Source of the DNA: Patescibacteria group bacterium | Lineage (GTDB): Bacteria > Patescibacteriota > Microgenomatia > 0-14-0-10-38-17 | Direction of reading: 5' to 3' | Assembly: GCA_050953885.1 (NCBI GenBank) | Contig: JBMNNJ010000001.1 | Coordinates: 74,132-138,131, forward strand | Length of the DNA stretch: 64,000 nucleotides | The notes under the pieces: generated by a model | The model's database searches: none | What the model saw: the letters and a program-made list of their open reading frames with translations, nothing else | What the model was told of the DNA's origin: nothing | Translations under genes and position numbers: made by a program | Shown here: in pieces, positions 25,423 to 35,559 of the stretch | How positions within the stretch are numbered: the first letter of the stretch is position 1 | Layout: each line of letters starts with the position of its first letter

Positions 25423-25475
25423 CCCGAGGTTTGAAGCTAATCAACTCCGGGGGTTAAATGGCTTCAAACCTCGGG
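25423..25475. repeat. perfect 15-bp stem hairpin cccgaggtttgaagc ... gcttcaaacctcggg with ctaatcaactccggggg loop
   Basis: Family also at 16120 and 35800-35920. Confidence 0.7.
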
Positions 25476-25623
25476 AGTTAGCTATAAAATAATTCCGGTG
25501 ATTATTTTATTTTGATTTCCTAATTTCGCGAGCGCAAGCGAGTTAATTTCTCAATTTCAGCCCCGTCAGGGCGGGACGAATTTCTAACTTCTAATTTTCT
25601 TTTTTTTATGTGTTAGAATAAAG

Positions 25624-26640
25624 TTGATGAAACTACTCGTTACCGGTGGCGCGGGTTTTATCGGCACTAATTTTATTCGTTATTGGCTTAAGAATCATCC
25701 CCAAGACAAGGTTATTAATCTTGATAAACTTACCTATGCCGGTGACCGGCGAAATTTAGCAGATTTGGAAAGCGCTTCTTCTTACTGTTTTGTTAAAGGC
25801 GATATTGGCGATCCTAAATTGGTAGAAAAACTCATGGAAAAAGTTGAGGTGGTAGTGAACTTTGCCGCCGAAAGCCACGTTGATCGCTCAATTGAAAACC
25901 CCGAAGTTTTTCTTAAAACTAATATTTTGGGGACTTTTAATTTGCTTGAAGCGGCGCTTAAAAATAAAATTAGACGTTTTCATCATGTTTCTACCGACGA
26001 AGTTTATGGCGAGCTTCCTTTGGAGTCGGAGGAAAAATTTAACGAGGTAACAAAATTCGCCCCCCATAGCCCCTATTCGGCTTCTAAAGCTGGCTCCGAC
26101 CATTTAGTTTTAAGCTACTACTATACTTACGGTTTGCCGGTAACCATTACTAATTGTTCTAATAATTATGGTGCCTACCAGTATCCGGAAAAATTTATTC
26201 CCCGGATGATTACGAACCTTTTGGAGGGCAGGAAAATCCCTATTTATGGCGATGGTCGCTATGTCCGCGATTGGCTTTATGTTGAGGATCACGCACGGGC
26301 AATTGAAGCGTCTTTGCTTGACGGCAAGCCGGGACAAACCTATTGTGTGGGCGGCTTAACCAAAGATGTTAGTAATTTAGAGCTGGCAAAGATGATCTTA
26401 AAAATTATGGGTAAAAACGAAGATTTTTTAGAATTTGTGGCCGATCGGGCTGGTCATGACCGTCGTTATGCGGTTGACTGGGGAAAAATTAAGGATGAAC
26501 TTGGTTGGAAACCGCAGGAAACAATCGAATCGGGATTAGAGAAAACCGTTTCTTGGTATTGCCGGAATAAATCATGGTGGCAGGAAAAGAAGAAAGAAGC
26601 CGAGGAGTTTTATCAAAAATTAGCCGTTAAAAAAATTTAG
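25624..26640 (+). CDS. rmlB: dTDP-glucose 4,6-dehydratase
   Basis: TGGAGFIG, YSASKAGSDHL and other SDR motifs; 338 aa. Confidence 0.93.
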   Translation: MMKLLVTGGAGFIGTNFIRYWLKNHPQDKVINLDKLTYAGDRRNLADLESASSYCFVKGDIGDPKLVEKLMEKVEVVVNFAAESHVDRSIENPEVFLKTNILGTFNLLEAALKNKIRRFHHVSTDEVYGELPLESEEKFNEVTKFAPHSPYSASKAGSDHLVLSYYYTYGLPVTITNCSNNYGAYQYPEKFIPRMITNLLEGRKIPIYGDGRYVRDWLYVEDHARAIEASLLDGKPGQTYCVGGLTKDVSNLELAKMILKIMGKNEDFLEFVADRAGHDRRYAVDWGKIKDELGWKPQETIESGLEKTVSWYCRNKSWWQEKKKEAEEFYQKLAVKKI

Positions 26641-27213
26641 ATGAATTTCAAAAAACTTAAGATTTCGGGGTTAATCTTGGTTGAGCCGGATGTTTTTGGT
26701 GACGAGCGGGGATTTTTTTTGGAATCTTATCATCAGAAAAAATTTACCGAGGAGGGAATAAGAGTTAATTTTGTTCAGGACAATCATTCTCGCTCTTCGC
26801 GGGGAGTTTTACGGGGTCTTCACTTTCAAAAAGCTCCCTTTGCCCAAGATAAATTAGTGCGCGTGGTGCGGGGGGAGGTTTTCGATGTTGCCGTTGATCT
26901 TCGGCCCGATTCCCCAACGTTAGGCCAGTGGGAAGCGGTGGTGCTTTCCGAAAAAAATAAAAAAATATTTTTTATTCCCCAAGGTTTTGCCCATGGCTTT
27001 CTGGCTCTAAGCGAAGTAGTTGATTTTGAGTATAAGGTGAGTAATTTTTATTCGCCTGAAAGCGAGATGGGAATTATTTTTGATGATCCCCGCATTAATA
27101 TTTCCTGGCCTTTAGTAAAAGAAGAGCTAATTTTATCAGCCAAAGACAAGGGTTGGCCGTTGTTTTCTCAAGTTAAAGATGAATTAAAGAAGATATGGGG
27201 AAAACAAAAATAA
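26641..27213 (+). CDS. rmlC: dTDP-4-dehydrorhamnose 3,5-epimerase
   Basis: Cupin fold; RGLHFQ; starts at the rmlB stop. Confidence 0.93.
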   Translation: MNFKKLKISGLILVEPDVFGDERGFFLESYHQKKFTEEGIRVNFVQDNHSRSSRGVLRGLHFQKAPFAQDKLVRVVRGEVFDVAVDLRPDSPTLGQWEAVVLSEKNKKIFFIPQGFAHGFLALSEVVDFEYKVSNFYSPESEMGIIFDDPRINISWPLVKEELILSAKDKGWPLFSQVKDELKKIWGKQK

Positions 27214-28085
27214 TAGGAACTGGCTTAAGCGGTTTGGTAGGCTCACGCTTGGCGGAAATTCTCCAAAATAACTACTCATTTATTGATTTTTCTCTTGAGA
27301 CGGGGGTGGATATTTTAGATATTAAGTCTTTAGAAAAGCATTTTTTAGAAAATAAAGAAGCAAAAGTGGTGATCCATTTGGCGGCCTTTACGGATACGAA
27401 TGCCGCCTGGAGCCAGCGGGGAGATAAAAGTGGCCTTTGTTATCGTCTAAATGTTTTGGGGACGGAAAATATTATCAAACTTTGTCAAGAATATGGCCGG
27501 TATTTAATTTACGTTTCTACCGACTTTGTTTTTTCCGGCCAAAAAGATGGTGTTTATACCGAGGAAGATACTCCCGATCCGATTGAGTGGTATGGGCAAA
27601 CAAAGCGGTGGGCGGAGGAAGCGGTTTTGGAAAGTAGTCTGCCGGCGGCGATTGTTCGTCTTTCCTATCCCTTCCGGGCTTTTTTCCCGAAAAAAACCGA
27701 TTTGATACGAAAGATAATTGAGGGTTTAAAAAATCAAACACTTTATCCTCTTTTTACCGATCAAATAATCACCCCTACTTTTATTGATGATTTTGCCAAG
27801 GGGATTGGTTTTTTCCTAAAAGAAAAGCCGGTTGGTATTTTTCATTTGGTGGGAGAAAACCACCTTTCCCCCTACGCGGTGGGGTTGGAAGTGGCGCGAA
27901 CTTTTGGTTTTGATTCGAAATTAGTGAAGAAGGGAAGTTTAAAGGAGTATGAGCAAAATGCTCCCGCTGGTTCGCGGCCATTCCAAAAAAATTTAGCTCT
28001 TGATAATCAAAAAATTACTTCTTTGGGGATAAAGATGCTTCCCTTTGCGGCTGCGCTCCAAAAGGTGAAAGAACAACTTAGCTAA
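27195..28085 (+). CDS. rmlD: dTDP-4-dehydrorhamnose reductase
   Basis: GxxGxxG N-terminus, YGQTK catalytic motif. Confidence 0.88.
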   Translation: MGKTKIIGTGLSGLVGSRLAEILQNNYSFIDFSLETGVDILDIKSLEKHFLENKEAKVVIHLAAFTDTNAAWSQRGDKSGLCYRLNVLGTENIIKLCQEYGRYLIYVSTDFVFSGQKDGVYTEEDTPDPIEWYGQTKRWAEEAVLESSLPAAIVRLSYPFRAFFPKKTDLIRKIIEGLKNQTLYPLFTDQIITPTFIDDFAKGIGFFLKEKPVGIFHLVGENHLSPYAVGLEVARTFGFDSKLVKKGSLKEYEQNAPAGSRPFQKNLALDNQKITSLGIKMLPFAAALQKVKEQLS

Positions 28086-29116
28086 GTAAAGATTCTTTTG
28101 GCTAAAAGAATAACTCCTCCCGTTACTAAGGGAATAAAAAGATTATCGTTAAGGCGCCGGCCGTCAATTTTTGGTTCGCTGAATTCCAAGATGGTGGTAG
28201 TGATAATTGCTGGGGCTAAGAATTTCAAAGGCACATAGGGCAGGGAAACGGTAGCGGCGGCAATGGCACTAGCGAAGGCGGCACTCCAGCGCTTCTTTAA
28301 AGAATGACCATTATTTAGATAATAACCGGTAATCGCATTAATTGAATCCCCCACTGCCAAGGTTAAAATGGCTACTGTAGCAACAGGAAGAGGAAAAGCA
28401 AAAACAGCGGCTAAGCTGCTCCAGGTAAAAAGAAGCGGGCCAAGCCCTAAAAATTTCGGCAAGGGTTTTCGCTCGAAATAAATAATAATTTTATTTAAGA
28501 AAGTAAGAGGTCGAAGATGATTTAAGAGAAGAAGGATGGTTAAAAGAAGGGTAAAAAGGGCAAGGTAGTAGGGGGTTAAAATTTGATAATTAACCACCAG
28601 CGCTAAAGACAAGCCGTAAAAAAGATGGACAATTTTTCTCCTTAGGTTAACGTCCTTACTCCAGTCGGAAGCGTGTTTGGTTTGGGAAAGAAAATAAAAA
28701 AACCAAAAAATGGCGGTGGCAAGAAAGAAGCCGCCAACAACATCAGAAAGATGATGCAGTCCTAAACTAACCCGGGAGTAAGCAATTAAAAAAGCTCCAA
28801 AGAAACCCAAGGGGGAAAGTTTTGGCCAAAAAACGGTGATTGTCCAGGCAATAACGGTGGCCACCGCCGTATGCAAAGAAGGAAAGGCAAAATCGGCGGG
28901 GATATTGGTGGTTACTCCCAAAACAGCGGGGTTTTCAACAAAAGGCCGGCTTATTTGGGTTAAATCCTTAATTATTTTTCCAAAAAATAGGGTAAAAATT
29001 AAGGCGGGGGCAAAAATGGGTAGAAAATATTCTTTTTTAAATTTTAGGATAAAAAAAGCCAGCAGCCCGATTAATATCGGCAAAAGGAATGGTGAGTTAA
29101 GAATGGCGGCAATCAT
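28082..29116 (-). CDS. PAP2-family phosphatase domain fused to a C-terminal polytopic membrane domain (possibly CTP-dependent polyprenol/dolichol-kinase-like; tentative)
   Basis: PAP2 motifs KDLTQISRPF, PSLH, SRVSLGLHHLSDV; about 150 further aa with 4-5 TM helices. Confidence 0.55.
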   Translation of the reverse strand: MIAAILNSPFLLPILIGLLAFFILKFKKEYFLPIFAPALIFTLFFGKIIKDLTQISRPFVENPAVLGVTTNIPADFAFPSLHTAVATVIAWTITVFWPKLSPLGFFGAFLIAYSRVSLGLHHLSDVVGGFFLATAIFWFFYFLSQTKHASDWSKDVNLRRKIVHLFYGLSLALVVNYQILTPYYLALFTLLLTILLLLNHLRPLTFLNKIIIYFERKPLPKFLGLGPLLFTWSSLAAVFAFPLPVATVAILTLAVGDSINAITGYYLNNGHSLKKRWSAAFASAIAAATVSLPYVPLKFLAPAIITTTILEFSEPKIDGRRLNDNLFIPLVTGGVILLAKRIFT

Positions 29117-29928
29117 TTTTTGGAAAGGTTTTTCGTTTTAGAAACAGAAAGAGATTTTTTTTCTGATTTTTCGGTAAGAAAATTATTAATGGCAAATAAA
29201 AAGACGCCAAGAGAAAAAATTAATTCGGTAGGCTCTTGGTCTCGGGCATCAATAAAAGTGTCAAAAAAATTGAGATCCTCATGGAGCCAGAACTGGAGCC
29301 AAAGCAGGGTGTCTTTGCCAAGAAAGTCAGCAGAAGGAAGGCTTAAATCACGGATAAAAACAGCTACCAGTTCATCTATATACTGAACCCAAGAATAATA
29401 AAAAAGAATAGGGAAAAAATAGAAAGAAAGATTTTTTTGGGGGAAAAATTTTTCAATCCAAGGGGTCTTTTTTTTGAATTTTGAAACAATTATCCAGCCA
29501 AAAGAACCCCAAAGGCCAATTAAAATATAAATTTGTGGTAGTTTTCCTTGGAAAAAGCCTAAGTTATGAATAGTGATTTCGTTTTGGACATTTTTTTGGG
29601 CAATTTTTTCTGGGGTTTCTATTTCCAAGATTCTTTGTCCCCAAGAAATTTCTTCGCCGGCAACAAAGAATAAACCAAGCGATAAAATAAAAAAAACGCT
29701 TCCTAACCAGAAGTTTTTCTTTTTAAAAAAACTTAAGGCGGTTAAAAATGAAAAAATACTGGCTAAAAGAAAAAAAGTAAATTGCAGCCACTCAACTGGG
29801 CCGTCTTCGGCAATAAAAAGATGATAAAGATAAGCGTTTTTTATTTTAAAGACGATAAAAAAAATAACAAGAATAATAGGCAGAAGAAAAATAATTTTAT
29901 TTTTTCTAAAAATGTTTGTTAGCTTCAT
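29113..29928 (-). CDS. hypothetical polytopic membrane protein
   Basis: Multiple TM helices; lies in the operon between trmD and the PAP2 fusion. Confidence 0.4.
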   Translation of the reverse strand: MKLTNIFRKNKIIFLLPIILVIFFIVFKIKNAYLYHLFIAEDGPVEWLQFTFFLLASIFSFLTALSFFKKKNFWLGSVFFILSLGLFFVAGEEISWGQRILEIETPEKIAQKNVQNEITIHNLGFFQGKLPQIYILIGLWGSFGWIIVSKFKKKTPWIEKFFPQKNLSFYFFPILFYYSWVQYIDELVAVFIRDLSLPSADFLGKDTLLWLQFWLHEDLNFFDTFIDARDQEPTELIFSLGVFLFAINNFLTEKSEKKSLSVSKTKNLSKK

Positions 29929-30635
29929 TTTTTATTAATAATTTGTTTTTTTTGCCACTCTTTTATTTTTTTAGGATCGCCGCTAAGAAGAACTTGGGGC
30001 ACTTTTAGCCCGAGAAACTCTTCGGGGCGGGTATATTGAGGATATTCAATATAGACTTGAGATTTGAGATTAGAAGTTTGGGGCTGGGGAGAAGAATCAA
30101 CGATTTTTTCCAATCCCGGAGAGAAGGATTCGATTTGGTTGGCTTCTTCTTTTTTTAAAACTCCGGGCAGAAGACGAACGACGGTGTCGGTGATGGCCAT
30201 GGCCGGAATTTCCCCGCCGGTTAAGACAAAATCGCCTAAGGAAATTTCTTCGTCAACAAACTTTTTAATGCGTTCGTCAAAGCCCTCGTAATGGCCGCAA
30301 ATTAAAATTATTTCCTGAACTTTGGCTAATTGCCGGGCTTTTTTTTGGTTAAAAGTTTTTCCACGCGGAGTAAGAAGAATAATTTTTTGATTTTTCTTTG
30401 ACCAGTTATTGGTTAAATCTTTTAAGGCATTGTAAATTGGTTCAATGCGTAAAATCATCCCCGCGCCGCCGCCATAGGGGCGGTCATCAACGGTGCCGCG
30501 CTTGTCAATGGCCCACTGGCGCAAGTTATGGATTTTAATTTCCACCAGTCCTTTTTCTTGGGCGCGTTTAATAATGCTTTCCCCAAAAGGCCCTTCAAAC
30601 ATTTTTGGAAAAAGGGTTAAAATGTGGATGATCAT
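29925..30635 (-). CDS. trmD: tRNA (guanine37-N1)-methyltransferase TrmD
   Basis: SPOUT motifs: DDRPYGGGAGM, ICGHYEGFDER, LTGGE. Confidence 0.93.
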   Translation of the reverse strand: MIIHILTLFPKMFEGPFGESIIKRAQEKGLVEIKIHNLRQWAIDKRGTVDDRPYGGGAGMILRIEPIYNALKDLTNNWSKKNQKIILLTPRGKTFNQKKARQLAKVQEIILICGHYEGFDERIKKFVDEEISLGDFVLTGGEIPAMAITDTVVRLLPGVLKKEEANQIESFSPGLEKIVDSSPQPQTSNLKSQVYIEYPQYTRPEEFLGLKVPQVLLSGDPKKIKEWQKKQIINKK

Positions 30636-30699
30636 AAGTTGTATTCTATCAAGTTTTTGTGATATATTGCAAAATGAAAGCGAGTAACTCGTAACAAGT

Positions 30700-30960
30700 A
30701 ATCAGTAGAGTAAAAGGCAAAGACCTGCCGCAGTGGGGTCTTGCTATGGCGGGACAAAACCTAAATCAAAGTTCAAAAACAAAAGATAAACTCAAATGTT
30801 AAATCGCAAAACGCAAATCTACAACGCAAAACTCAAAACTTGAAAGACAAAAACAGAATTACAATTTAGAAATACAAATATTAAGCCCCTAAAGTTTTTT
30901 TGTTCTACTTTTGAATTTTAACTTGTACTTTTGACTTTTAAATTTTGACTTTTGAATTTA
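30700..30960. repeat. intergenic repeats: gtaactcgtaacaagtaa unit, gcagtggggtcttgctatggcgggac palindrome, AT-rich k-mer element
   Basis: Shares the 55-bp AT-rich segment with 25084 and 3905. Confidence 0.65.
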
Positions 30961-30962
30961 TT

Positions 30963-31358
30963 ATGAACGATTGTGTTTTTTGCCAAATTGCGGCCGGGAA
31001 AATTCCCTGTTTTAAAATTTACGAAGGGGAGGATTTTTTGGCTTTTTTGGATATTAATCCTTGGGTTGAAGGCCACACTTTGGTAATCCCCAAAAAGCAT
31101 TACCGTTGGGTTTGGGATATGCCGGAAGAATTAGTCGGTCAGTATTTTGCCGTGGTTAATAAAGTTGCTAATCATTATCGGCAGGTTTTTAAAACAGAAT
31201 TTGTGATGAGCTGGATTTATGGTTTTGAGGTACCCCACGCTCATGTTCATCTTTTCCCCAATTCGCGGGGAAAAATTGCCTTTTACCCAAAAGAAAAATT
31301 GCCAACGCTTACGAACGAGGAAGGGGAAAAGTTAGCGGCGGCATTAAAATTAAAATAA
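30963..31358 (+). CDS. HIT-family (histidine triad) nucleotide hydrolase
   Basis: HVHLFP histidine triad. Start at MNDCVFCQI. Confidence 0.88.
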   Translation: MNDCVFCQIAAGKIPCFKIYEGEDFLAFLDINPWVEGHTLVIPKKHYRWVWDMPEELVGQYFAVVNKVANHYRQVFKTEFVMSWIYGFEVPHAHVHLFPNSRGKIAFYPKEKLPTLTNEEGEKLAAALKLK

Positions 31359-31363
31359 GAACA

Positions 31364-32659
31364 ATGAAAATTGCGGTTGTGGGCGCCGGTTATGTGGGTT
31401 TAACCTGGGCGGCGGTGCTGGCATCGTTGGGCCATAAGGTTTTTTTGGTGGAAAATAATCAGGAAAAGTTAGCCAAGCTTAAGAAGGGACAGGCGCCTTT
31501 TTTTGAGCCCGGTCTGGAGCCCCTTTTGAAAAAAGGAATTAAGAGCAAGCGGCTTTACCTTTTTTCTTCTCTTAAAAACCTTCGGGAAAAACCGGCGCTG
31601 GTTTTTATTTGTGTCGGCACGCCTTCCCAAAAGGATGGCTCAATTGATCTTTCTTACGTGTTTCAAACAGCCGAAGAGTTGGGGAAAAATCTTTGGCTTG
31701 GCCAGATAACAGTGGCGCTTAAAAGCACCGTTTTGCCGGGGACAACCAAAAAAGTAGGGAAAATTATTAGTCAAAATAAAAGCAAAAAAGCAAATTTTAG
31801 TTTGGCTTTCTGTCCGGAATTTTTAAGAGAAGGAAAGGCAGTTGAAGACACTCTTCACCCCAGCCGCGTTATTATTGGCAGTGAGGACAAAAAGGCTGTT
31901 AGCCTTCTTAAAAAACTTCATGTTCCTTTTGGGGCGCCAATCCTAATGATGAAAATTGAGAGCGCCGAGCTCACCAAGTATGCGGCTAACGCCTATCTTG
32001 CCTTGCGGATTGTTTTTGCCAACCAAATTGCCGATTTGGTTGAGAAAGCAGGAGCGGATGTGGAGGAGGTTATTGCCGGCATTGGACTTGATCCTCGCAT
32101 TGGCACTGGCTACTGGTACCCCGGGCTAGGATATGGCGGCTCTTGTTTTCCCAAAGATGTGGCCGCCTTGGCCTCTTTTGGCGCCAAAGAGGGGTTAAAA
32201 AAGTCGCTTTTTTCTTTTATGCATGATTATAACCAAAGTCGTCCCGAGGAAAAATTAGCGGAGATTGAAGAAAAATGGGGTAGCCCGGCCGGAAAAAAAG
32301 TGGCTGTTTGGGGGCTGGCTTGTAAGCAGGGGACCGATGACGTGCGAGGTTCGGCGGCGCTTTTGGTGGCGGATAAATTATCCCAAAAAGGGGCAATGGT
32401 TTTTGCTTTTGACACCTTGGCGGAAGAAAATGCCCAAAGGGAATGCTCTCGTCTTTATTATTCTCCTGATCCTTATTTGGTAGCCAAAAATGCGGATTGG
32501 CTTTTGGTTTTAAGCGATGATCCTCTTTTTGCTAAGGCTAATTTTAAAAAAGTGAAGGAATTAATGAAGGGAAGGAAAATTTTTGATGCCCGCAATATTT
32601 TACCTAAAGAAAAACTTAAAAAGATGGGTTTTGAATATTTAGGCGTGGGCAGGAGTTAA
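31364..32659 (+). CDS. ugd: UDP-glucose 6-dehydrogenase family
   Basis: N-terminal Rossmann GAGYVG, catalytic GGSCFPKD. Confidence 0.88.
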   Translation: MKIAVVGAGYVGLTWAAVLASLGHKVFLVENNQEKLAKLKKGQAPFFEPGLEPLLKKGIKSKRLYLFSSLKNLREKPALVFICVGTPSQKDGSIDLSYVFQTAEELGKNLWLGQITVALKSTVLPGTTKKVGKIISQNKSKKANFSLAFCPEFLREGKAVEDTLHPSRVIIGSEDKKAVSLLKKLHVPFGAPILMMKIESAELTKYAANAYLALRIVFANQIADLVEKAGADVEEVIAGIGLDPRIGTGYWYPGLGYGGSCFPKDVAALASFGAKEGLKKSLFSFMHDYNQSRPEEKLAEIEEKWGSPAGKKVAVWGLACKQGTDDVRGSAALLVADKLSQKGAMVFAFDTLAEENAQRECSRLYYSPDPYLVAKNADWLLVLSDDPLFAKANFKKVKELMKGRKIFDARNILPKEKLKKMGFEYLGVGRS

Positions 32660-32707
32660 CTTTTATCTTGCTTGTCTTTTTTAAATAATTGTTGTATTTT
32701 AAGATTA

Positions 32708-33877
32708 ATGGTTAAAGAAAAAGCCGTCGTTATCATCCCTACTTATAACGAACGGGAAAACATTGGTCGGATGATTGAAGTTTTGGAAAAAGAAATTTTC
32801 CCGCAGATTAAGGATTGGGAAATGGCCATTTTGGTGGTCGATGACCATTCTCCCGACGGCACGGCCGAGATTGTGCGGGAGAAAATGAAAATTTATCCCA
32901 ACATTGAGCTTTCCTTAGGAGAAAAGCAGGGTTTGGGAGCGGCTTACGCGCGGGGGATGAAATACGCGATGCAAAAAATGAATGCCGATTGGGTGATTGA
33001 GTTTGACGCCGATTTTCAGCACGATCCGGCCTATATTCCTCAGCTTTTAAACGCCGCTAGGCAAGGCTACGATTATGTAGTTGGTTCCCGTTATGTTTCC
33101 GGCGGCAAGGTTCCGCAGGATTGGAATTTTTCCCGCCGCCTCATTAGCTCGTTGGGCAGTTTTGTCGCCCGTTTTATTCTTTTTTTTCCTTTTGAGTTTA
33201 GAAACGCCCCGCGCGATTTAACTTCCGGCCTTAAGGCCACCAAAGTTAAAGGATTTTTGGAGAAAATTGATTTAGACCATCTTCTTTCCAAAGGCTACGC
33301 TTATAAAATTGAGATTTTTTACCGGATGGTAAAGCTGGGAGCAAGGGTAAAAGAGATCCCCATTGAATTTAAAAATCGAGAGAAGGGGGAGTCAAAAATG
33401 CCACCCAAGAATTTAACTGATTCTTTAAAAGTGGTGATAAAATTGCGTCTTCAAGACGAGAAAACGCAAAGCTTTTTAAAATTCGCGGTGGTGGGATTTG
33501 TGGGTTACTTGGTTAACGCTCTTTCTTTGGCGCTTTTTACTTCTTTTTCCTGGCCAGAAGCTCTTTGCTGGCTTTTATCAACCGAGCTGGCGATTATTTC
33601 TAATTTTACCTGGAACAACCTTTGGACTTTTGCTAAAGAAAAGTTTACCAAGCCCTCTTTAGTTTTGAAGAAATTTCTCCAGTTTAACCTTACTTCAGCC
33701 GGAGCCTTAGTTATCCAAACGGTAATGGGTACGCTTTTAACCTCTCTTTTTGGGCCCGAGCATCGCCAGCTTTATCTGCCCCTAATTATTGTTTTTATGG
33801 TTTTGCCATATAACTGGTTGATGTATAATCGGGTAATTTGGAAAGTAGACAAGAAAGGTAAAAAAGAAAAAAAATGA
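32708..33877 (+). CDS. GT2 polyprenol-phosphate sugar synthase (DPM1/GtrB-like) fused to a C-terminal GtrA-like membrane domain
   Basis: VVIIPTYNE ... VVDDHSPDGT ... FDADFQHDP, then FLKFAVVGFVGYLVN ... NFTWNNLWTF. Confidence 0.85.
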   Translation: MVKEKAVVIIPTYNERENIGRMIEVLEKEIFPQIKDWEMAILVVDDHSPDGTAEIVREKMKIYPNIELSLGEKQGLGAAYARGMKYAMQKMNADWVIEFDADFQHDPAYIPQLLNAARQGYDYVVGSRYVSGGKVPQDWNFSRRLISSLGSFVARFILFFPFEFRNAPRDLTSGLKATKVKGFLEKIDLDHLLSKGYAYKIEIFYRMVKLGARVKEIPIEFKNREKGESKMPPKNLTDSLKVVIKLRLQDEKTQSFLKFAVVGFVGYLVNALSLALFTSFSWPEALCWLLSTELAIISNFTWNNLWTFAKEKFTKPSLVLKKFLQFNLTSAGALVIQTVMGTLLTSLFGPEHRQLYLPLIIVFMVLPYNWLMYNRVIWKVDKKGKKEKK

Positions 33878-34293
33878 GTAGTCCGGAAAAACATTTTCCA
33901 GAAAGCCATTATTTTTCTTCCTATCAAGAATATCGTTCTTTTGGTGGGCAGCTTAATGAAGAATTTTTTAACCAAGCGCTTGAGTTTTTGAAAGACGGTC
34001 AACAACTAAAATCTCAGCAGAAAGTTTATATTCAGTCAGAAAGGCACTGTGCTTACCGGGCGGGTGTTATTCCTTCTCCTCAAGAGGAACGCCTTTATGT
34101 TTTCTTAAGAGAACTAATGCCTCCGCCTTCCTCGGTGGAGAAAAAAAGTCAAGATAATAAGGGTTTCCCTTGGCAGTTAGGTGACCATTCTCTTTTAGCA
34201 GAAGTTTTCTTGCTTAATAACAATATCTTTTCTTACCAGCAATTTACAGATTATTTTCCTCATATTTTCAACAAAGAAGAAAAAAGCGGGTAA
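33874..34293 (+). CDS. hypothetical soluble protein (139 aa)
   Basis: ORF only; no family recognised. Confidence 0.35.
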   Translation: MSSPEKHFPESHYFSSYQEYRSFGGQLNEEFFNQALEFLKDGQQLKSQQKVYIQSERHCAYRAGVIPSPQEERLYVFLRELMPPPSSVEKKSQDNKGFPWQLGDHSLLAEVFLLNNNIFSYQQFTDYFPHIFNKEEKSG

Positions 34294-34294
34294 G

Positions 34295-35503
34295 CTAAAG
34301 ATAGGGTGTCCAGTCGCTTATAGACATGGTGTTAAAGCTGATAAAGCTTATGGCGTAAAGAAAAAGAGCCGGTAAAAGAAGAATGAAGGGAATTAAAAAT
34401 TGCTTCTTTTGAAAAAAATTTTCTCCACCTAAGATTAAAAAAGGCAGGGCGGGAATGAGGTAGCGGGCAATGTCGCGATGGGCCACAAAAATGAGGGAAA
34501 AGTAAAAAACAACCGGGAAAATAAAGAGAATATCAGTTTTATATTTTTGCCAAAGGAAAGAAAGAAGAATTCCCCCTAAAAGATAGTAAAGATAAACGTC
34601 TTCGAGCCAAAATGTTCCTACCCATTTCTCATTGAAATCAAAAACCTGAAATGGCGGCCAAAAAAGATGAATGTTGTCGCCGGTTTTAAAATAGGCCCAA
34701 AAATCGCCGGTGGTGATTTTATAGAGAGAGAAAACGCTGATAATGCCCAACGGCGTTAAAAGTATTGGCCAAAACTTCTTTAGTCCCTCTTTAATTTTCT
34801 TCTTATCTTTTAAGAGCGAAGAAGATTTTAAAACTTCAATCAAGCCCGCCAAACCCAGAGCGCCGGCTAAAAGCACCCCCGGGCTTTTAACGGTTTGGGA
34901 AAAAATCGCCATTAAGGCGCTTTTACCATAATTTCCTTTTTTGAAAAAGTAGATGGCGCTGATAATAAAAAACAAAAAAAGCGGTTCGGGGCTGGGAACA
35001 TTTTTAACCACCAACCAGCGGGCGGGGAAAAAGACAAAAAGAGAGGCTAGAAAAAGACTGGCTTTTTGTCTTTTGGTTACCAAGAGAAGGAGTTGGTAAA
35101 AAGCAAAGATAGCCGCAAGACTGGTAAGCTGAGTAACAAAAATGGCCGCATGAGGGAAATCAATTTTAGGAATTTGGGCGGCAAGCCAAATTAGGGCCGG
35201 GTAGGCGGGGAAATGAGCGGGGAAGTAGGCAGGCGGCAGGGTGTTGGGGAAAAGAGCCTCAATTTTTTGAGGATCATACCAAGTTTTGGCCACAATAATA
35301 TAATTCAGGCTGTCAAAATTAAGCAAAACGGTGGAGAAGTTAAATTTTTCCGGGTAGTTTAAGCCGAAAAATGATTCAAGATGAAAAACAAAGGGGAAAT
35401 AAAGAAGGGCGGCGGAAAGAAAAGAAACCAGCGCTAAAGTCCAAAAAGGATGAAGCAGGGCCAACTTGCCAAGGTGGGAAAAGAAATTCTTAATTTTGGC
35501 CAT
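34295..35503 (-). CDS. polytopic membrane protein, GT-C-like (paralog of 55417-56565)
   Basis: Shared N-terminal motif SLNYIIVAKTWY ... FPNT (compare FDGFHYLSIARGGYGY ... FFPLFP in 55417). Confidence 0.5.
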   Translation of the reverse strand: MAKIKNFFSHLGKLALLHPFWTLALVSFLSAALLYFPFVFHLESFFGLNYPEKFNFSTVLLNFDSLNYIIVAKTWYDPQKIEALFPNTLPPAYFPAHFPAYPALIWLAAQIPKIDFPHAAIFVTQLTSLAAIFAFYQLLLLVTKRQKASLFLASLFVFFPARWLVVKNVPSPEPLFLFFIISAIYFFKKGNYGKSALMAIFSQTVKSPGVLLAGALGLAGLIEVLKSSSLLKDKKKIKEGLKKFWPILLTPLGIISVFSLYKITTGDFWAYFKTGDNIHLFWPPFQVFDFNEKWVGTFWLEDVYLYYLLGGILLSFLWQKYKTDILFIFPVVFYFSLIFVAHRDIARYLIPALPFLILGGENFFQKKQFLIPFILLLPALFLYAISFISFNTMSISDWTPYL

Positions 35504-35559
35504 CGTCTTTTTTCTTTAGTATAGCAAAAATGATAAAATTGCTAAACTGTTATTTTGTT

